From: Microthyrium microscopicum | Lineage: Eukaryota | Assembly (NCBI GenBank): GCA_010405405.1 | Contig: MU004236.1 | Span: forward strand, 1,494,070-1,558,069 | DNA: 64,000 nucleotides | Direction of reading: 5' to 3' | Program-made: the position numbers and the translations under genes | Notes under the pieces: generated by a model | Database searches by the model: none | What the model was told of the DNA's origin: nothing | Seen by the model: only the letters and a program-made list of their open reading frames with translations | Shown: positions 25,127 to 40,294 of the stretch, one piece after another | Numbering within the stretch: position 1 is the stretch's first letter | How the letters are laid out: the number at the start of each line of letters is the position of its first letter

Positions 25127-27146
25127 ATGTTCTTAGCCTCCAGCGGCATACGGCGACTGGCGTTTCTGTTTTCATGGTCCCTCAAAACTCGCCGGCATTC
25201 ATCTGGCCTGGTACCAGTCCGTTTACGTGACTACCAAGAAGAATGCATTCAGTCTGTCCTATCTTATCTCAAGAATGGGCATAAACGGTTAGGTATATCT
25301 CTCGCAACTGGGAGTGGAAAGACGGTACGCATCTTAATCGTCAATGCGACTCGGTACTGACAATACGCCTAGGTCGTGTTTACTCAACTGATCGACCGCA
25401 TCAAACCTCCCCAAAAGCATGCTACCCAAACCTTAATCCTTGCTCATAGGCGTGAGCTTGTTGAGCAAGCCGCCCGTCATTGCACCAATGCATATCCGAA
25501 TAAGAGTGTAGACATCGAGCTGGGGAAAAGCCAGGCTTCAGGAGCTGCGGACATTACGGTTGCTTCTATTCAGAGCATCATGTCCAAGGAACGACTTGAG
25601 AAATACGATCCAAAGAACTTCAAGCTTGTTCTAGTGGACGAGGCCCATCATATCGTTGCTCCGCAATACCTTGATGTACTGGGGCATTTCGGACTTCGTC
25701 CTCTCCAGGAGGATGCGCCTGCCTTGGTTGGCGTTTCTGCTACCTTTTCAAGATTCGATGGAATAAAGCTTGGAACAGCTATTGACCACATCGTCTTTCA
25801 TAAGTAAGGTGACCGCTATTGTGTTGCTGGGCCAGACTAACTCTCACAGGGATTATGTGGATATGATTGGCGACGGCTGGCTATCTGATGTATTATTCAC
25901 AACCGTAAAGCTAGAAAACGCGGATCTAAGCAAAGTCAAAACTGGAGCCAACGGCGATTTCTCGACGGGCTCTTTGGGCAGAGCAATAAACAACGAGGAG
26001 AACCGAGAAGCAACAGTCAAATCATGGCTGCTTCGATGCTCAAAGCGCAAATCCACAATCGTGTTTTGCGTTGACGTACAGCATGTGGTGGATCTAGCCG
26101 CCCAGTTTGGTCGGTACAACATTGAAGCCCGCTACGTTACTGGCACTACATCCGGAAAACGTCGGTCAGAAACAATTGATGCTTTCAGAAATGGAGAATT
26201 TCCAGTTCTTCTCAATTGCGGCGTCTTCACGGAAGGCACCGACATCCCCAACATTGACTGCGTCCTCCTCGCTCGGCCAACACAATCACGTAACCTTCTA
26301 ATCCAGATGATCGGTCGTGGCATGCGCCTCAGTCCTGGCAAAGAAAACTGCCACATCATCGACATGGTCTCTTCTTTGGCGACCGGCATCGTCACCACCC
26401 CAACTCTCTACGGCCTCGACCCCGATGAGATTGTCAACGAAGCCAAAGTCGAAGACCTTGAAAAGTTGCGCGAGCGCCAAGAGCGTGAAAATCTCGCTCG
26501 CGAATCCCGATCCTCACGCGCTGCAACCGAGCCAGCCCGCGACCCATCTGCACCGCCCCTGCGCGTCAAGTTTACAGACTACGACACCATCACCGACCTG
26601 CTGCAAGACACATCAGCCGATAGACACATCCGCGCACTCAGCCGCTATGCCTGGGTACAAGTCTATGAAGACAACTACATACTGAACAATCAAGCCGGTG
26701 GGTATCTGCGACTAATACGAGAAGATGGCGTCTTTCGTGTGAAGCATGTAGCCAAATTGCCGCCATATGCCCCAGCGCCGTACGCGAAGCCGCGTACTAT
26801 AGTAGACAATGTAGAGTCGTTTGCGCATGCAGTGAATGCGGCAGACGCGGTGGCGGAGAAGATGTTTGCGTTTGTGTTTATTGACAAGAATCAGGGATGG
26901 CGACGGGGACCCGCGACGGAAGCGCAGGTCAAGTTTCTGAACAGATTTCGCGCTGAGGACGAGCAGTTGGTACCGGAGAAGGTCAGTAAGGGAAGAGCCA
27001 TGGATATGATTACCAAGATGAAGTTTGGCGCGAAAGGAAGATTTCAAAAGCTTAGGAAAAAGAGCGAGAAGAAGGTGGCAGAGACTAAGAAAATCGAGGA
27101 TATGAGACTACGAGAACAGGTTTCAGTTGGTCCAACTATGAGATAA
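25127..27146 (+). CDS. IRC3: Mitochondrial SF2 DExH helicase IRC3, 3 exons
   Basis: [56 protein letters not shown]. Confidence 0.9.
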
Positions 27147-27825
27147 ATATAATACATGACTGCATGATGCAAAAGTCAGCCGCCCAGCCTTACAGCACTC
27201 TAGAGTAATGATTTATATATCATGGCCATTATGCACAAATGACATTACGATAATTGCTCAATGAGGCACGGTGAGTTATGTACATCATGCAATACTAATA
27301 ACGACACGAGGAAGACAAATTCAAAGATCATAGTGCCATTGACTACAGAATTGAATCAATGTACAGTCCACCCGGAAGCTTCCACTGGGCAGCCAACTAA
27401 CCATGGAGCCACAGTTCCCTGAGATCAACCAAGCAATCTGCACATTACCAAGCCGAACTCAAGAAAGACCATAGCAGGACCACAATGCAGCCGGCCAATC
27501 CTCAAAATACAATGCATGAATAAAATAGTGGAAGCACAACCTTGGCAAAGCAAAACCCATGCTGTTTGCTCCCTAATACATGACTGAATACATACAAAGT
27601 TGCCCAATTCTAAGCCTGTGCATGCTGATAGATAATCGATGGGGAAGGATAATAACGGGATTTGTGTGAGTGATGATAGTTGTACAGTTTTCGGGAACGC
27701 GTGTCCAGTTTGGTGACGACTGTCACGATAGACGGATTTTCTTTCTTCTGATAAGCCCAACCATGATAGGCATACTCTCTTCCCCAGTTTTCAATTTTTG
27801 ACCTTGTGGTCTTTGGCCTTCTTTT

Positions 27826-30800
27826 TCAAGCAAAGCCAAACTCGCCGCTGCCATCGGTGATAGCAAGCAACATCATATCTCGGAGCTTCTCATAACTGTC
27901 ATACTCTGGGAGATCGAGCTGGTTGAAGCATGTGTGAGCGCTTGGTAGACGTTCGCTGCCGTAGTCACGATGAATCGAGAAGCGACTGAAGCCATTCATA
28001 CCCTCCAGTTCCTTGAAGCCGTTGAGAGGAACCTTGCTGGTACCAGTGACGAATTGTAGTAGTTTGGCTCGCTGTTCCTTGTCAAATGAGCGAACCATGC
28101 GCCAGAACCAGACAATTGGAGGTGATGATGGGGTATATCCCTGGTATTCAGTGTTGTTTTTCCAGTCGTCGACATCAATTTCAGGCAGACCGGAGATGAG
28201 AAGCTCCAGTTCTTGCTCTGTGAAGATGGATACTAGATCTGCTGGAATAATATCATAAAAGCCTACAAAAATAGTTAGTGATTGGCAAAATGACATATGT
28301 GATGTTAGATTGCTTACCTTTTAAGAAATGATCCAGTTGATCCTTGATGGAAGTGACCAGTTTGTGCTCAACAATAAGTCGAACGTAGTCGCGCTTGTTT
28401 TCATCCGTGACAAGAACGTTGCGACCGTTCTCAATGAGGTCCACAATCTTCATCTCACCAAATGCTTCGGTTTCAGTAGAAAAAGTGAAATCGCCAAGCA
28501 TGTCGTCTGCAAGCTTGGTCTCGAGGATGAACTTCAGCGAGCCGTAGTAGTTGGGATCATGAGCCTCCATGTCTTTGACACTGACGTGCATACCCAACAT
28601 ACGTTTGTAAACCGCACGACTGAAATGACAATCAAGCGGACGACCTTCATAGAGTGCTTTGCCAATAACCCGACCGACAAATTGGAAGTAGTTGAGATGT
28701 TCTTCGTTGACAGAGCTCAAAGGATTGGGGTGATAGGTCAGACGATCAGATGCCATTGGGTTGAACAAGGCATAGTTGGGATTGAAAATTTGCTGGACTA
28801 GCACTTGGAACCACTCGCGCGTGAGGCCACCAGCATCAACGCCCTCCTCTCCCTGGAAACGGACATTCAGCTTGCCGAATTTGAATTCGTCCGGCTTCTT
28901 GAAGGAGAGAGCTCGGAAGGAATCCAAGAAGGTGGTATCGCGTCGGACGTTAACCTGAAGGGTAGGATAGGATTGGCGCTGATAAGCATCGTTGTTATTT
29001 CGCGCATGGAGTTTACGTGAAAAGTAGTTTCGCTTATTATCAAATTCTAGAACCTTGGAATTCTCCACCAGGATCTGGAACGAGCCACTCATGAGTTTTG
29101 GACTGGCCCGAACAAGCTCATTGATGACTTTACGGTGCTCATCGGTAAACTTGAAGAGCAGGCCTTCCATGCTGTTTGGTGACTCCGGTGGTGGACTAGA
29201 GAGGACGATATCCTTGGGAATGGCACCAGTTTGTGCTTCTCGAGGAGATGCTGGAGTTTTGCAGACAATCATGAGAACTTCCACAAGAGGCAGAAGAATA
29301 GTGGAAACACTCGTCATGTCGCCACGCTCTCGAATTGATGTGAGACATTTGCTCAGGATTTCCCATAGTGGACCGAATGTCTCGTTTTCGTACAAGCTCA
29401 AGAGAGTCAGTCGATCATTTTCAGCCACTTCTTCATCGGAATCGGTCGAAGTCACAGAGAAGAACTCTCTACGCTTAGCATCAAAAATGTAATCCAATGC
29501 TGAGATCACTCGTAATAACTTTGCCTGATCCGAGCTAGCTGGCGAGAATCGCGACAAGGCCATACCTTGAACATCGTGGCCGGTTTGCGCATTTTCGATC
29601 TGAGAAGACAGATCTTTTAAATCAAGTAGGACTTTCTTGCCGAAACCATCAGCCTGTCGAATGAGTTCTTGACCAAAGATTGCCTTGACCTTCGGAACCA
29701 TACAAAGGTGAGTTACCAAAGCCAAGGTATTTTTAAAAGTTTTACTGCCGCACTCGCGTGCCGCCACAATGTTGACAATTAAGCGTAGATTGTGGTCGGT
29801 AATCTCTGGGGGACTTGTGATTCCACGCGGTTTCTTGGGTGTCTCTGGCTCTTTAGCGGTTTCCAATTTGAGATCAGTGGTACTTTGAGCGGTATCGTTG
29901 TTATCCTCTCCGGCTGGACCTGTAGAGGTCGATGTCCCGGCAGTTTGAGCCTGACTGGAATCGTTTGCAGCTTCAGCTTGTTCAGCAACTCCGGTACGTG
30001 GGGCTTGTTCAATACCAGTGGCATTTGTGACAGCTTCAGGTTCCGTAGCCTTCTTTTTGATTTCTTTCTTCTCCTCTGCTTTTTTCTTGGCTAGAGTAAA
30101 CAAAGGACCAGTAATGACCTGCAAGAGACCTGCTAAGCTTTCCATTATAGGTGAGCTCTCGATGATAAGCTTTCGATCGAGGAGGCTCAACAAAGCGTTG
30201 ATTGGAAAGCGGCTAGCCTTAGTATCCTTGGACTTGCCTTTGTGAGATGACTTTGGTTTGTATGCTGTGCTGGTCTCATGCTCTGTTAGGAAGAAGTCCG
30301 TGACCTTGCTCTGATACTGCGTCAAGAAAGTGAGAGTGCTTAAGCATTGAGACACGACCATGATGGGTGACATCTCTCCAGAGGGGGTGTTGGACTCGTT
30401 GCCGCCCTTGGGCTGTGGAGTCTTTTGGGTGCTTGTTTGCTTGGCACGTTGAGTGAGATGAGCAAAACTTCGCTCAACAGATCCGCTATCGCTGCTTCCA
30501 TCTTGTAGAATAGATAGGAGGATGCTTACAACTTCCGCACGATTTTGTTTGTTGTGGCATACGCAACGAAGGATCTCGTTCAGGCTTTGCTTGGCGCTGC
30601 CTTGTTGCGGGATGAACATTAGTCGAAGAAGAGTGGCAACCCCAGCCTTGTCCAGAATCTGGACATATTGATGAGGTCGGCTTCGGCGTGGTGGAACTTC
30701 TCCGCGTGCATTGCCATTTCGCAATAACACTTCGCCAGGAGCATTCATAAAGCCATGCTCGCGTCCTCCTGCACGGACGTATTGAGCGAAATTACTACGA

Positions 30801-33800
30801 GGATTACCTGCACCAAGGGCGCGAGCTTCAGCAAGCACGTCCGGTGGGAGTCGGCTAAGAAGATCTTCATCAGCCTCTGCGAGCATCTGGGTTCGAAGTC
30901 CACGATCCTGAAGTGATGCTAATAGTGTTTCAACATCAGGTATCTCGTCAACCTCAGTTTGGACATTGGCCTGTTGTCTTAGCTGCTCGCGTTGTAGACG
31001 GCGTTGAACCGCGGCAGCTTCTTGTAGAACTTCTTGCCGCATATCTTCCGGTAACGCATCCAGGAACTCTTGAGGAATTTCAGAAGACACTGGCTGGTCC
31101 GAAGACGATGGTGCTTGCGTTGATTCCGCCTGAGCCTGTATCAAAACTTCGCGCTGCAGTTCCGGGGGCAGGGCATCGTAGAATCCTATATCAATTCCAA
31201 GAGCCACGATGTCAACCATTCTATCTCCGACGCGTCGCATAGCCGGCTCTTGAGCACTCGACGCCTCGGGCGCTTCTCCGGAATCTTGGGCCTCCTCGGT
31301 CTGCGTAGTTTCGACACCAGACATTTGATCTTCGTCAACGGCTGTCTCAGTAGCGGTCTGTGCTTCTTCAGCTTGACGAGCTGCGACCGCCTCAGCTTCC
31401 AGTCGCTCTTTCTCTTCCTTTTCTTCCTGCTCTTTCTTTTCTCGTTCTTCCTTCTCTTTCTTCTCTTGAGCTATACGAGCTTGCTCCTCTGCTGCGCGCT
31501 TTTTCTCTTTTTCTTCATGTTCCTTCTTCTGGCGAGCCATATCTTCTTTAAGCGCTTGACGAGCTGCAGGAACGAGCAGACGGTTGATTGCGGAGATGAC
31601 TATGCCAGCCTTCTCGTAAGAGCTGTTAGCGAAGAGAATTCTTGCTTCCTGGCTTCGGTCAGTATAAAAGTTTAGAGCGCGCAGACTATTTCATCTTGTC
31701 GGAATGAAACCATAAACCACGTTGTGGCAGCCATCGCATCTGATGGAAACCATAGCATTCGATTGGAAACGTATACTATGGGAGCCATCGGACGTGCTGG
31801 CAGCCACCGCATTTTTGGAATAGTTCAAATGTTATCAAGAAATGTGAATCAAGTCGGAAAAATCTTACCTCTTGCCATCGAGTTGTTGTCGGGAGAATGT
31901 CGAAGCTTGTTGTGGAGATCGGGTCGTCTTGTGGAATGCGTGTAGGCTCTCCCATTCGTCCGAAAATGCCTCCTCGTGCTTGACGAGCCCATGACGGTGG
32001 AACTGCACCAAAGGCATGATCGAGCTCTGCCGGCATGATTCCCATGGCAGGTGGTGCGCCCTGGAATAGCTGAATGATAGAATTGAACACGGTGCCAGGT
32101 CCTCCTGGTGGCATAGTCGCCAATAGTCTCAAAGTATCTGGAGAGCTTTCGGCACCGAAGGGCAGGTGTGGATAATTTCCTGCTTCTGGAGGTGGTATGG
32201 CATGTGAACGACCGGGGCGAAGAAGAAGGGGATTAACGCCATCATCTGCTTGACGTGGTCGAGGGCCAGTATTATGCATGCGATGGTGGTGGTGACCTCG
32301 GCCATGACCATGACGAACGTACTCAATGAGGCCAGACATTGTTGCCATGTGTCGCTCTGGGGTATGAATACCAAAGTACCGATTGTGGGCATCCTCTGCC
32401 AAATCCATATCGTCTTCTAGGAGTAATTAGTATTGGTTACCGAAAGCAATCAAAAGGTTCACATACCATCGTCCATTCCGGGCTCATACGCTATTTCTTC
32501 GTCCCCATCGTATTCGAGATACTCGTCGTCTTCTCCATCCATGTCGGCAGCGTCGCCCACTACGACTTGTGATCGAATTGATTGAACTGTATCAAGTCGA
32601 TTAGCAATATGGTTCATGCGCTGATGCAAGCCCTCGATTTCATTAACCAGGCGACTGGCATCATCGAAGCTAAGGGAAACTGGATTGGGGTCGTCACCGT
32701 CAATCTCTTCATCTTCCTCGTTAGACTCCGTAGCCCAGTCGTCATCGGGAGCAAGATGTGTACTCAGGATGCCACCTGGGTGACCAATATGCAGAACACC
32801 ATCAGCCGGAATCAACAGGCCGTCTTCTGCAATCTCGATGTCCTCGCCAGAGCCTTCGTCATCGTCGTCGGAATCGGGGTCGGAAACGTCATCGTCTTCG
32901 TCGTCCTCTTCGTCGTCTTCACCGACGTCGTCTCCGTCCTCATCATCTTCGGACATGGAGCTTTCCCCATGTTCTAAGGGAACCATGTTGTCATCCTCAG
33001 CAGAACCGATTCCACCCATTTCTTCATCCTCATCGCTTATGATCTCTTCGGGATCATTCGGTTCCATCTCATCCTCGTCATAGTCCATGCCGTCATCGTA
33101 GACGTCGTCCTCTTCCATGTAGTCGTCGTACATCTCCTCATCTTCAACTTCTTCATCATCAGATTCAGACTCGCCACCACCAGCGAGTATTCCCAGTGAA
33201 GAATTGCGGAATAGGTCAGGAGTCTCTTCTCGAGCGTCTTCTAAGTCTGAATCGAGCGAGTCAGAAACAAACTCCTCGTCGTCAACAATCTCAGATGGCC
33301 CGGGGATTCCAGAGCTAAGGCTAAGATCATTGGCGGCTTCGGTGAGAGTTCTGAGAGGTCGGAGAATGTACTTGATCACACGCTTTGATCCAGAGTACGT
33401 GAGATCAATCTCGGCCATAGATGAGGTCAGTGCTGCGATAAAGTTCTTCTCGTACATGATTTTCGCCAGCATTTTCTGTGACAAAGTGAGGGGGTCGGGA
33501 TTATGGGTACTAGTACCCGGTGACTTCTGGAGTAAGATTCGATAGAAAAGATCGGCGAGTTTGAGGACTCTCGAATATCGCTGCTCTATCGGTTCCACGA
33601 TTGCTAACGCCTCTTTGAAAGATTTTAGAGATTGCTCAAGAACGTATTTGCGGACGTAGAGCAGTTCGGGCTCCTCCTCGTAACTGTTCAGATCGGGAAA
33701 CGGTGACGTATCACTGTCTCGCTTGATGTAAGGTCGCTCGAAAGTCTTTGAACAAAGTGAATTAACAACCGACATAGCCCAGCTCGAGGTCTGTTCTCGT

Positions 33801-36800
33801 TTTTTTGATGACACGTCATCGGCGTGCGAGACTGAACCCACAGGTATGAGAGTGTTGAGGAGATAGGAGAGGACCAATGAGCGAGGTTTAGAGGGAGTAG
33901 TGCCAGCAGGGTCCATTCGGCGGCGAAAGTTGATGAAGTCGATCTTTGCCTTGGTGTATGAGGAGAAAAGCTCCGTCAAGCACTGCAATAAGAAGCAGCG
34001 ATAGATATAGATACGATTTTGTTCGGGAATAAACTTTCGTCGAGTTTGAGAGGATTGTGCGGAATTCCCGTTCAATAGTGATACATCACTACTGGAGGCT
34101 TCTGGAATTTCGGCCGCAGTCATGTCAATGTCCTCATCAACATCGCCATTTGAATGCCCAGGTGCTTTTGTAGAGAGGTCCACATCTTCAACATCTTTGT
34201 AGTTGAGCAATTCGGAGAGAATAAAGTGGACCAGACCATCAGAATTCTCGTTCACGGGCATCTTGAGATCCGGCACTCTAGAGCGTTCAGTGTCAGTTCG
34301 TTCCAGTTTTTCTGTTGATGTTTCGGTCTCTGGATTCTCCTCGCTAGCCACTTCCGGCGCGGCTTTGTCTTTGGCATCATCTTCAGGTCTAGTCTCGATT
34401 GTTTCAGGCTTCCCTTTCTTGCTGGATTTAAGAGCCAATATCGGAGAGCCTGGGTGGCGAGGATCCCATTTTGCAATCATGACCAGCTCTTCAGTGACCT
34501 CAACGAAGATCCGAGGAGACCGAATGATGGACTGATAGAGATTCCGCGTATAGGTCGAAAGTTCATACGAGCTTTGCGACCGAACATCAAAGATACCACG
34601 AATGTCACTTCGCATTATTTGACGCAATGTTTCATCATCCTCAACAATGTGACGAAGAATGAGGATGAGGGCACTCTGAAGACCAGGGTCAGAAGGGCCG
34701 GACATTTGTCGAACCATAGCAAAGAGGCTGGGAAGATTTGGCTTATTGCTCATCTTAGCGGCAATTTCTCGATCCCGTGTCAGTATGACCAAAACTCTCG
34801 CAATTGAAAGAGCAAGTTTAGAATTGTCTCCAACATGACGTAAAACCTTCATAGAAGCGAGGAAAATGGATTCCTTTGCTTCCAATGAGAGAACGGGCTC
34901 TACCACTTCCAGTGGTTTCGGTGGCTCTATTGGATCGCCTTCGCTTGGTGATTGCCAGGGAACTCGAACTGGTTCAGCGTCGCTCTGCAAAAGCATCTCG
35001 ACTACGAGCATAATGTGAGACACAGCCTTAGCATAGTCATCATTATCTACACCTTGGTTGTGCTTGACTAGCTCAAGAAGAATTGGTAATTGTTCAATCA
35101 CTTCTTCCTTAGTAGATTCAAAGAACTCCTTCGTTTGCAAAATAAGCGCGAGGAAGAGGGAATATGCACCAACTTGCTGGATGTGTCGCTTCGCAGTATC
35201 CTCGTCCATATCACCGCTTGGCTGCAAAGATATCAAGGATAACAGCACCGTACTACCGATATCCTTTTGTGCAGCAAATGATTTGGACTTACAAGCAGCC
35301 GTGATGAGATCTCGCAATTCGAAAGAAAGATCATCAAAAGCGTTGAGCAAGTCCAGACATCGATCAATCAGGGACTCGCGTATTTCATTACGTTCATCTT
35401 CAAGCTCATCAACGGTAGGTGGACGGATAGGCTGGGAGATGTTTTCTGTTGTAGGCTGATCTTCTCGACGGGAACTTTGTCGCACCGGTTCTTCACTAGA
35501 GTCCGACGATGACGAACTAGTCTCCATCGACTCTTCATCTTCTGGCTCCCGGGTCTCACGCTCCTCGGAAGATGCAATTGGAGGGGCGGAGCTTGAATTT
35601 GATGTGTCGGGGGCAGCTTCACTTCGCAGCTTGGATGGCATTTGCAGCTCGCTTGGAGGGACAGGATTTCGCTTATAGCCTAGACTTTCGTCCTTGAGCG
35701 CGATGCAGTAATCACGAGCATGGGCGTGATTTTCATAGCATCGAAATAAGGCTTCTCGAGCAAGATCCTCTCCAAAGGTGTCGGCAAGGGCTTTCAACTG
35801 ATCCGGTTGGCGTGGTATCCATTTCTTATGTATGGGCTTTGTCCGAATCAGAATATTATTTTCGCGAGTGAAAGCACCGGTTTCGCTGTCCCCTTCTAGA
35901 ACTGGCCGTAGGACATCGATGACATCGCGGATCAGATTCTTATTGTCGCCGCGTCCAGAATCCCAGAGCTTCTTGATCGGGTGTATAGCAAGTAATCGTA
36001 GCTCTACCAAGAACTGGCCTGGTGTGAAATAGTCTGGCCGTTCTCGTTCCACAGCGGCCCGGGTAGTCAAAGCCTGAGATTGATGTGCGTCCGTGACGTG
36101 TCTGGGATCAACTACAAACCCGTACAGCTGGAGGATGCTCTTGACGCATCCGAGCTTGTACTTGGAGATCACCTGAGCGTTGTAGTCAGAGTCAGTACCG
36201 TAGGCAGCTTCTCCGTCCGTGAGTTCATCAAGCATGCTTTGCACAACTTTAAAGCCATCGTGATTCTTGAATGACAAGAGGAACAGAGTCAGTACGGTGG
36301 GCGAGGGGCGTTCATCAATAAAGAGATGATACAAGTACGATAGCATTGATAACCAGTATGCATATTTGTGTTCCTTGCGTTCACACTCCCTCGCAGGAGC
36401 AAATTGAAGCTGCTGTATTGTCGATGCCGCGATCTGGTCTGCAACTTTGAATGCATTCTGTTTCAAGTAGTGATCATTGGAACGTCGGTTTAGTAGAATG
36501 CGACCCAGCGAGAAGAATAATTGACCCACAGAGAGTGGTATATCTCGGAATAGCTGACTGAGGGTATTTCGATTCTCAATTTTAGCGGAATGAACTTCAT
36601 CCTTCTTGCTATTGTTCACGCTTGCCATCAAAGTAGACCAGCTGCCTAAGCGTGCGCCACCAGGCGCAAATGGCCAGTTATTGCCTGGAGTCATTGCATC
36701 AACCGGAGCCGATACGTCGCGTTCTTCGCCGTGTGGCGATTGGTGATTTGAAGTTGTAGAGGGATTTTCGGTATCTGGAATTGGCTCAGGGCGAGCGGGT

Positions 36801-39800
36801 ACGTCAATGTTGAGGCTCGCAAGCACATCTTCAGCGAATAGACCGGAATGGTTGGATAGGCCTCTCAGGCCGTGGAACACTTCGTGGGATGGCGATGCCT
36901 TGGAGACCATCGATAGGTGTATATCTTCCCACACGCAAGATTGATGGAGCTTGGCAAGGCGCTCTGCTACTTCGACATATATGTCTGCCAGGTTGACAGT
37001 GGCGAATAAATTTGTCGAGCTTGAGCGATGGTTGTATGTCTGGTACTGGAAGGTCGAGGAGAGGCTATCAGCAAGAATTTTGACAGCCAGTAAAGCTTTG
37101 ACATAATCGGTGCCTTTATCAAGAGCCGATACAGTCGCATTGCTTTTGCCGTTTTCTTCCAGGCTCTGTTCATCTGGATTGGTAAAGGGAGAAAAGAATG
37201 CCTGTTGTGAGCTGCTCTCAATGAGTGGCTCCAAAACACGTAGAGCATCCAACAATCGGTGTAGAATCGCCGGGATGACCAAATATGGCCGCTCATCAAT
37301 CAAGACACCGACCAGTTTGTCCATAGCTCTACTTGGTAGCGACGGATGATGCCACGTTGAAGTCATGGACAAGACCGGAGAAGTAATCAAATCAAGGACG
37401 ATTTCAACTCCACCTCGATCAATCAATGATTTCCGACTTACTGTATTGGAGCAAAATCCAGAAAGAAATTTGACTACCTGACCGATCATTTTGGCACCTA
37501 TTGGGGAAGCACTGTTGGCTACCATATCTTCAACCGTGAGATACAGCTCGTTGTCATGGTCACCAACCTCTTGAGCATCCGACATGGCGATATCGCCGTT
37601 GGATTCAGAAGCTGGGTTTCTCGAATCTCCGTTTACGAGTGGAGACGGGTCGATACCGGTGCTAATGCGACCTTTCAGTGCATGTCTTCCGCCAGAAATA
37701 GAAAACGTAGGCTTGTCAGACTTCTCTGGATCTTGAATAAACAGGGCGACACCAGTGCCATAGGAGACAGCTTCATTTTTGCATCGATCAACCACTCGCT
37801 TGACCATTTGGACAATAGCACGGGTAATTGGGCCCTTGAGACCGGATTGACCAGGATGATGCCTAACGAGCTCGTCGAAAGCGCTTCCAAGCCCAGTGGC
37901 AATTTCGGATTGGGAATGTGGCTCATAGGTTTCCATTGCTTGAAGATGTGCTGGGCTTTCGAACACAGTCAAAAAGTTTTGAAAAGGCTCCTCATTTTGA
38001 AAGTATTTGAGACCAGCTTCATTTAAACAGAGCGCGCTAATTGCAGCAGGAATTGCTTGCATAGCTTCTGACGCTGGTAAAATCTTGTTCTGGCGCTTCT
38101 TCAGCCATTCATCCACGTTCTGATGGCCCTTAGTGTAGACAGGAAGTTCAATGGGATCATCCAAGAGCTCACAAAACGTGGAATTCAACTTGGATTCTGA
38201 GACGACGGAATAGCTTGTTGGTTCGTTGTTGAGAAAGTTGCTCATAAAATTGATTGCGCCACTCCAGACAGCAGATCCGAAGCATGCGGGAAGCGATAGA
38301 ATCCGGTTCAAGGCGTCCACGAACGGCTTGGAATCGAATAAGACTCGAATGTGTCTGCTGAAAGGGCCATTGGCGTGTCCTGTTATTCTATTCAAGAATT
38401 TCAGACCGAGCTTGAGGGTGGATTGCTGATAGAATGGGATCTGATATTCAGCGATACGGCTCTTATACTGCTCTGGAATTCCTTGTCCTCGGTCAAGCTT
38501 GTCAAGTGCCTCTTGTGCAGTGAATGCTACCAGTTCAGCAATAACTTCTAAGCCATTGGAAGATACATAGGCGCCGAATGCAGCGTTGACAGACTGAAGA
38601 AAGCTATCCAGGAATTGAATAATCTTGCTGTGTGTTCGGAATGCTTTTGTGGTACGAAGGCGAAGTACGTCGTTCAAGATTTCAAGAATTCCAGCGGCGT
38701 GTAGGTTCTCAGCGGCTCGAGATGCAGCGCTAGGAATTGTTTTGAGGACATCGAATAGTACGTTTCGCCATTCTTCCTCAACAAAATCAATCTCTGGATT
38801 TCCGTCTTCATTGAGTTCCTCCGAGGTCTTCAGCTGAGATATCGCTTTCCGCACGACGAAAAAGAGGATGCCGTGGTTGACGTTGGCACTCAAGGCAGAG
38901 TAAACCTCGCTGTTTATGTGTTTTTGACAACAAAGAGCTTCAATAGCCATCAAGGCAAAAGTTTGAACCTCCATCGGAACTTGGAGTCCACTTGACTCCG
39001 GAGGTTGAAGCAATTCAGACAATTGCTGCGGCAATTGAAACTGACGAGGCTCTTCTGACATCGGCAGCGCAACCTTCTGCTGGAAAGTACTATCACTTTG
39101 AACAAATGCTAGATTGGCGATAGCAAGGAAGCGTATGCCAACCAAAGCTGCGCGCGAGTCTGCAATTTTCATAGCTTTTGCTATCCGTAAACGATGCAGG
39201 AAATCGAATAGCGAGTCCTTGGGAATATCATCTGTATAACGTGCCAAAATGTCTTCCAAAGGGCTCTCCAATTCAGATGAGGAAACGTGGATATCTTTAG
39301 AACTGTTGGAAGAATCAGATGTCTCGGAGTCCTTTGAGGCAGGTCCATTAGACCGACCAGTGGATGGACTACTAGTCAACACTGGAGAGGCTGGGGCTGT
39401 GGCGTGTTGGTCTTGTTGGCCTTCAGTAGGTACTTTGGGGCACGTGTAGACCACCGAAACCCAATGCTGACTTATTGAGTTGTCATCGTCACGACATTGG
39501 AGAAACGACACGATGTCTGAAGGGTGAATTGAGGTATTCGTGGCGGTTTCCAAGCCAGTGTCCTTTTCTTTGTTTTTTCCATTGCTGTCGGTAAGTGCAC
39601 GAGATGGTGATGGCTTAGGGAAAGGAAGAGCGAGCTTCAAAAGATTGTCCAGGTTCAGATCATATTGCTCCTTATGCATCGAGGGAAGAGCCCCACTACC
39701 TGCCATCTTAACTCGAGTGCTGTGAAATCTTTTAGCGACCCGAAAGCATAGTTTGAGTGTTATTTCAAGGAGTGATAGAGAGGTAGTGCTGAGGAAAGCG

Positions 39801-40294
39801 TTCAGCCGATCGGTGCTGCGATATAGACTACGATTTGAGCAGTTCTCGAGAAGGAGCATTGTGAATTGCATGATAGACTCGATGAATTGGCGATCGCCGT
39901 CATCTTGGAATCCGAGTTTATCAAGCGCTGCTTCGCGTTCCTCTATGGACTCGATGTCTTTGCTGTGGTCAAGGAGGATAGCACGATCGAAAGGAGTTGA
40001 CTGTACCCCACTTTGAAGTCCATAATGTTGAATACAATGATCCAAAATCTCATCAAAGTAGTTGAGAAGCTTAACAAAGCTCCAGATATCACCGCGCGGG
40101 AATGGCCATTCTCGAGGGAAGGATTTGAGATGCTGCGGAAGCTGTCGCCATGGCAAGACTTTTGCCTTTTCTATGAAATCATTTTGGTAAGGAGACTATT
40201 GACAACATTAGTTTACCACATGCCATAAGAATACGAAAAATTGGATGACACATACCGGATCTAGACGTGAAGCCGTCCGCGAAATCTTCCCCAT
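27826..40294 (-). CDS. TOM1: HECT E3 ubiquitin ligase TOM1/HUWE1 (about 4000 aa, 5 exons)
   Basis: Exon 1 [13 protein letters not shown], long armadillo-type region, acidic tract, [18 protein letters not shown] UBM repeats, HECT domain ([16 protein letters not shown] ... [14 protein letters not shown] ... GEFGFA). Confidence 0.95.
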
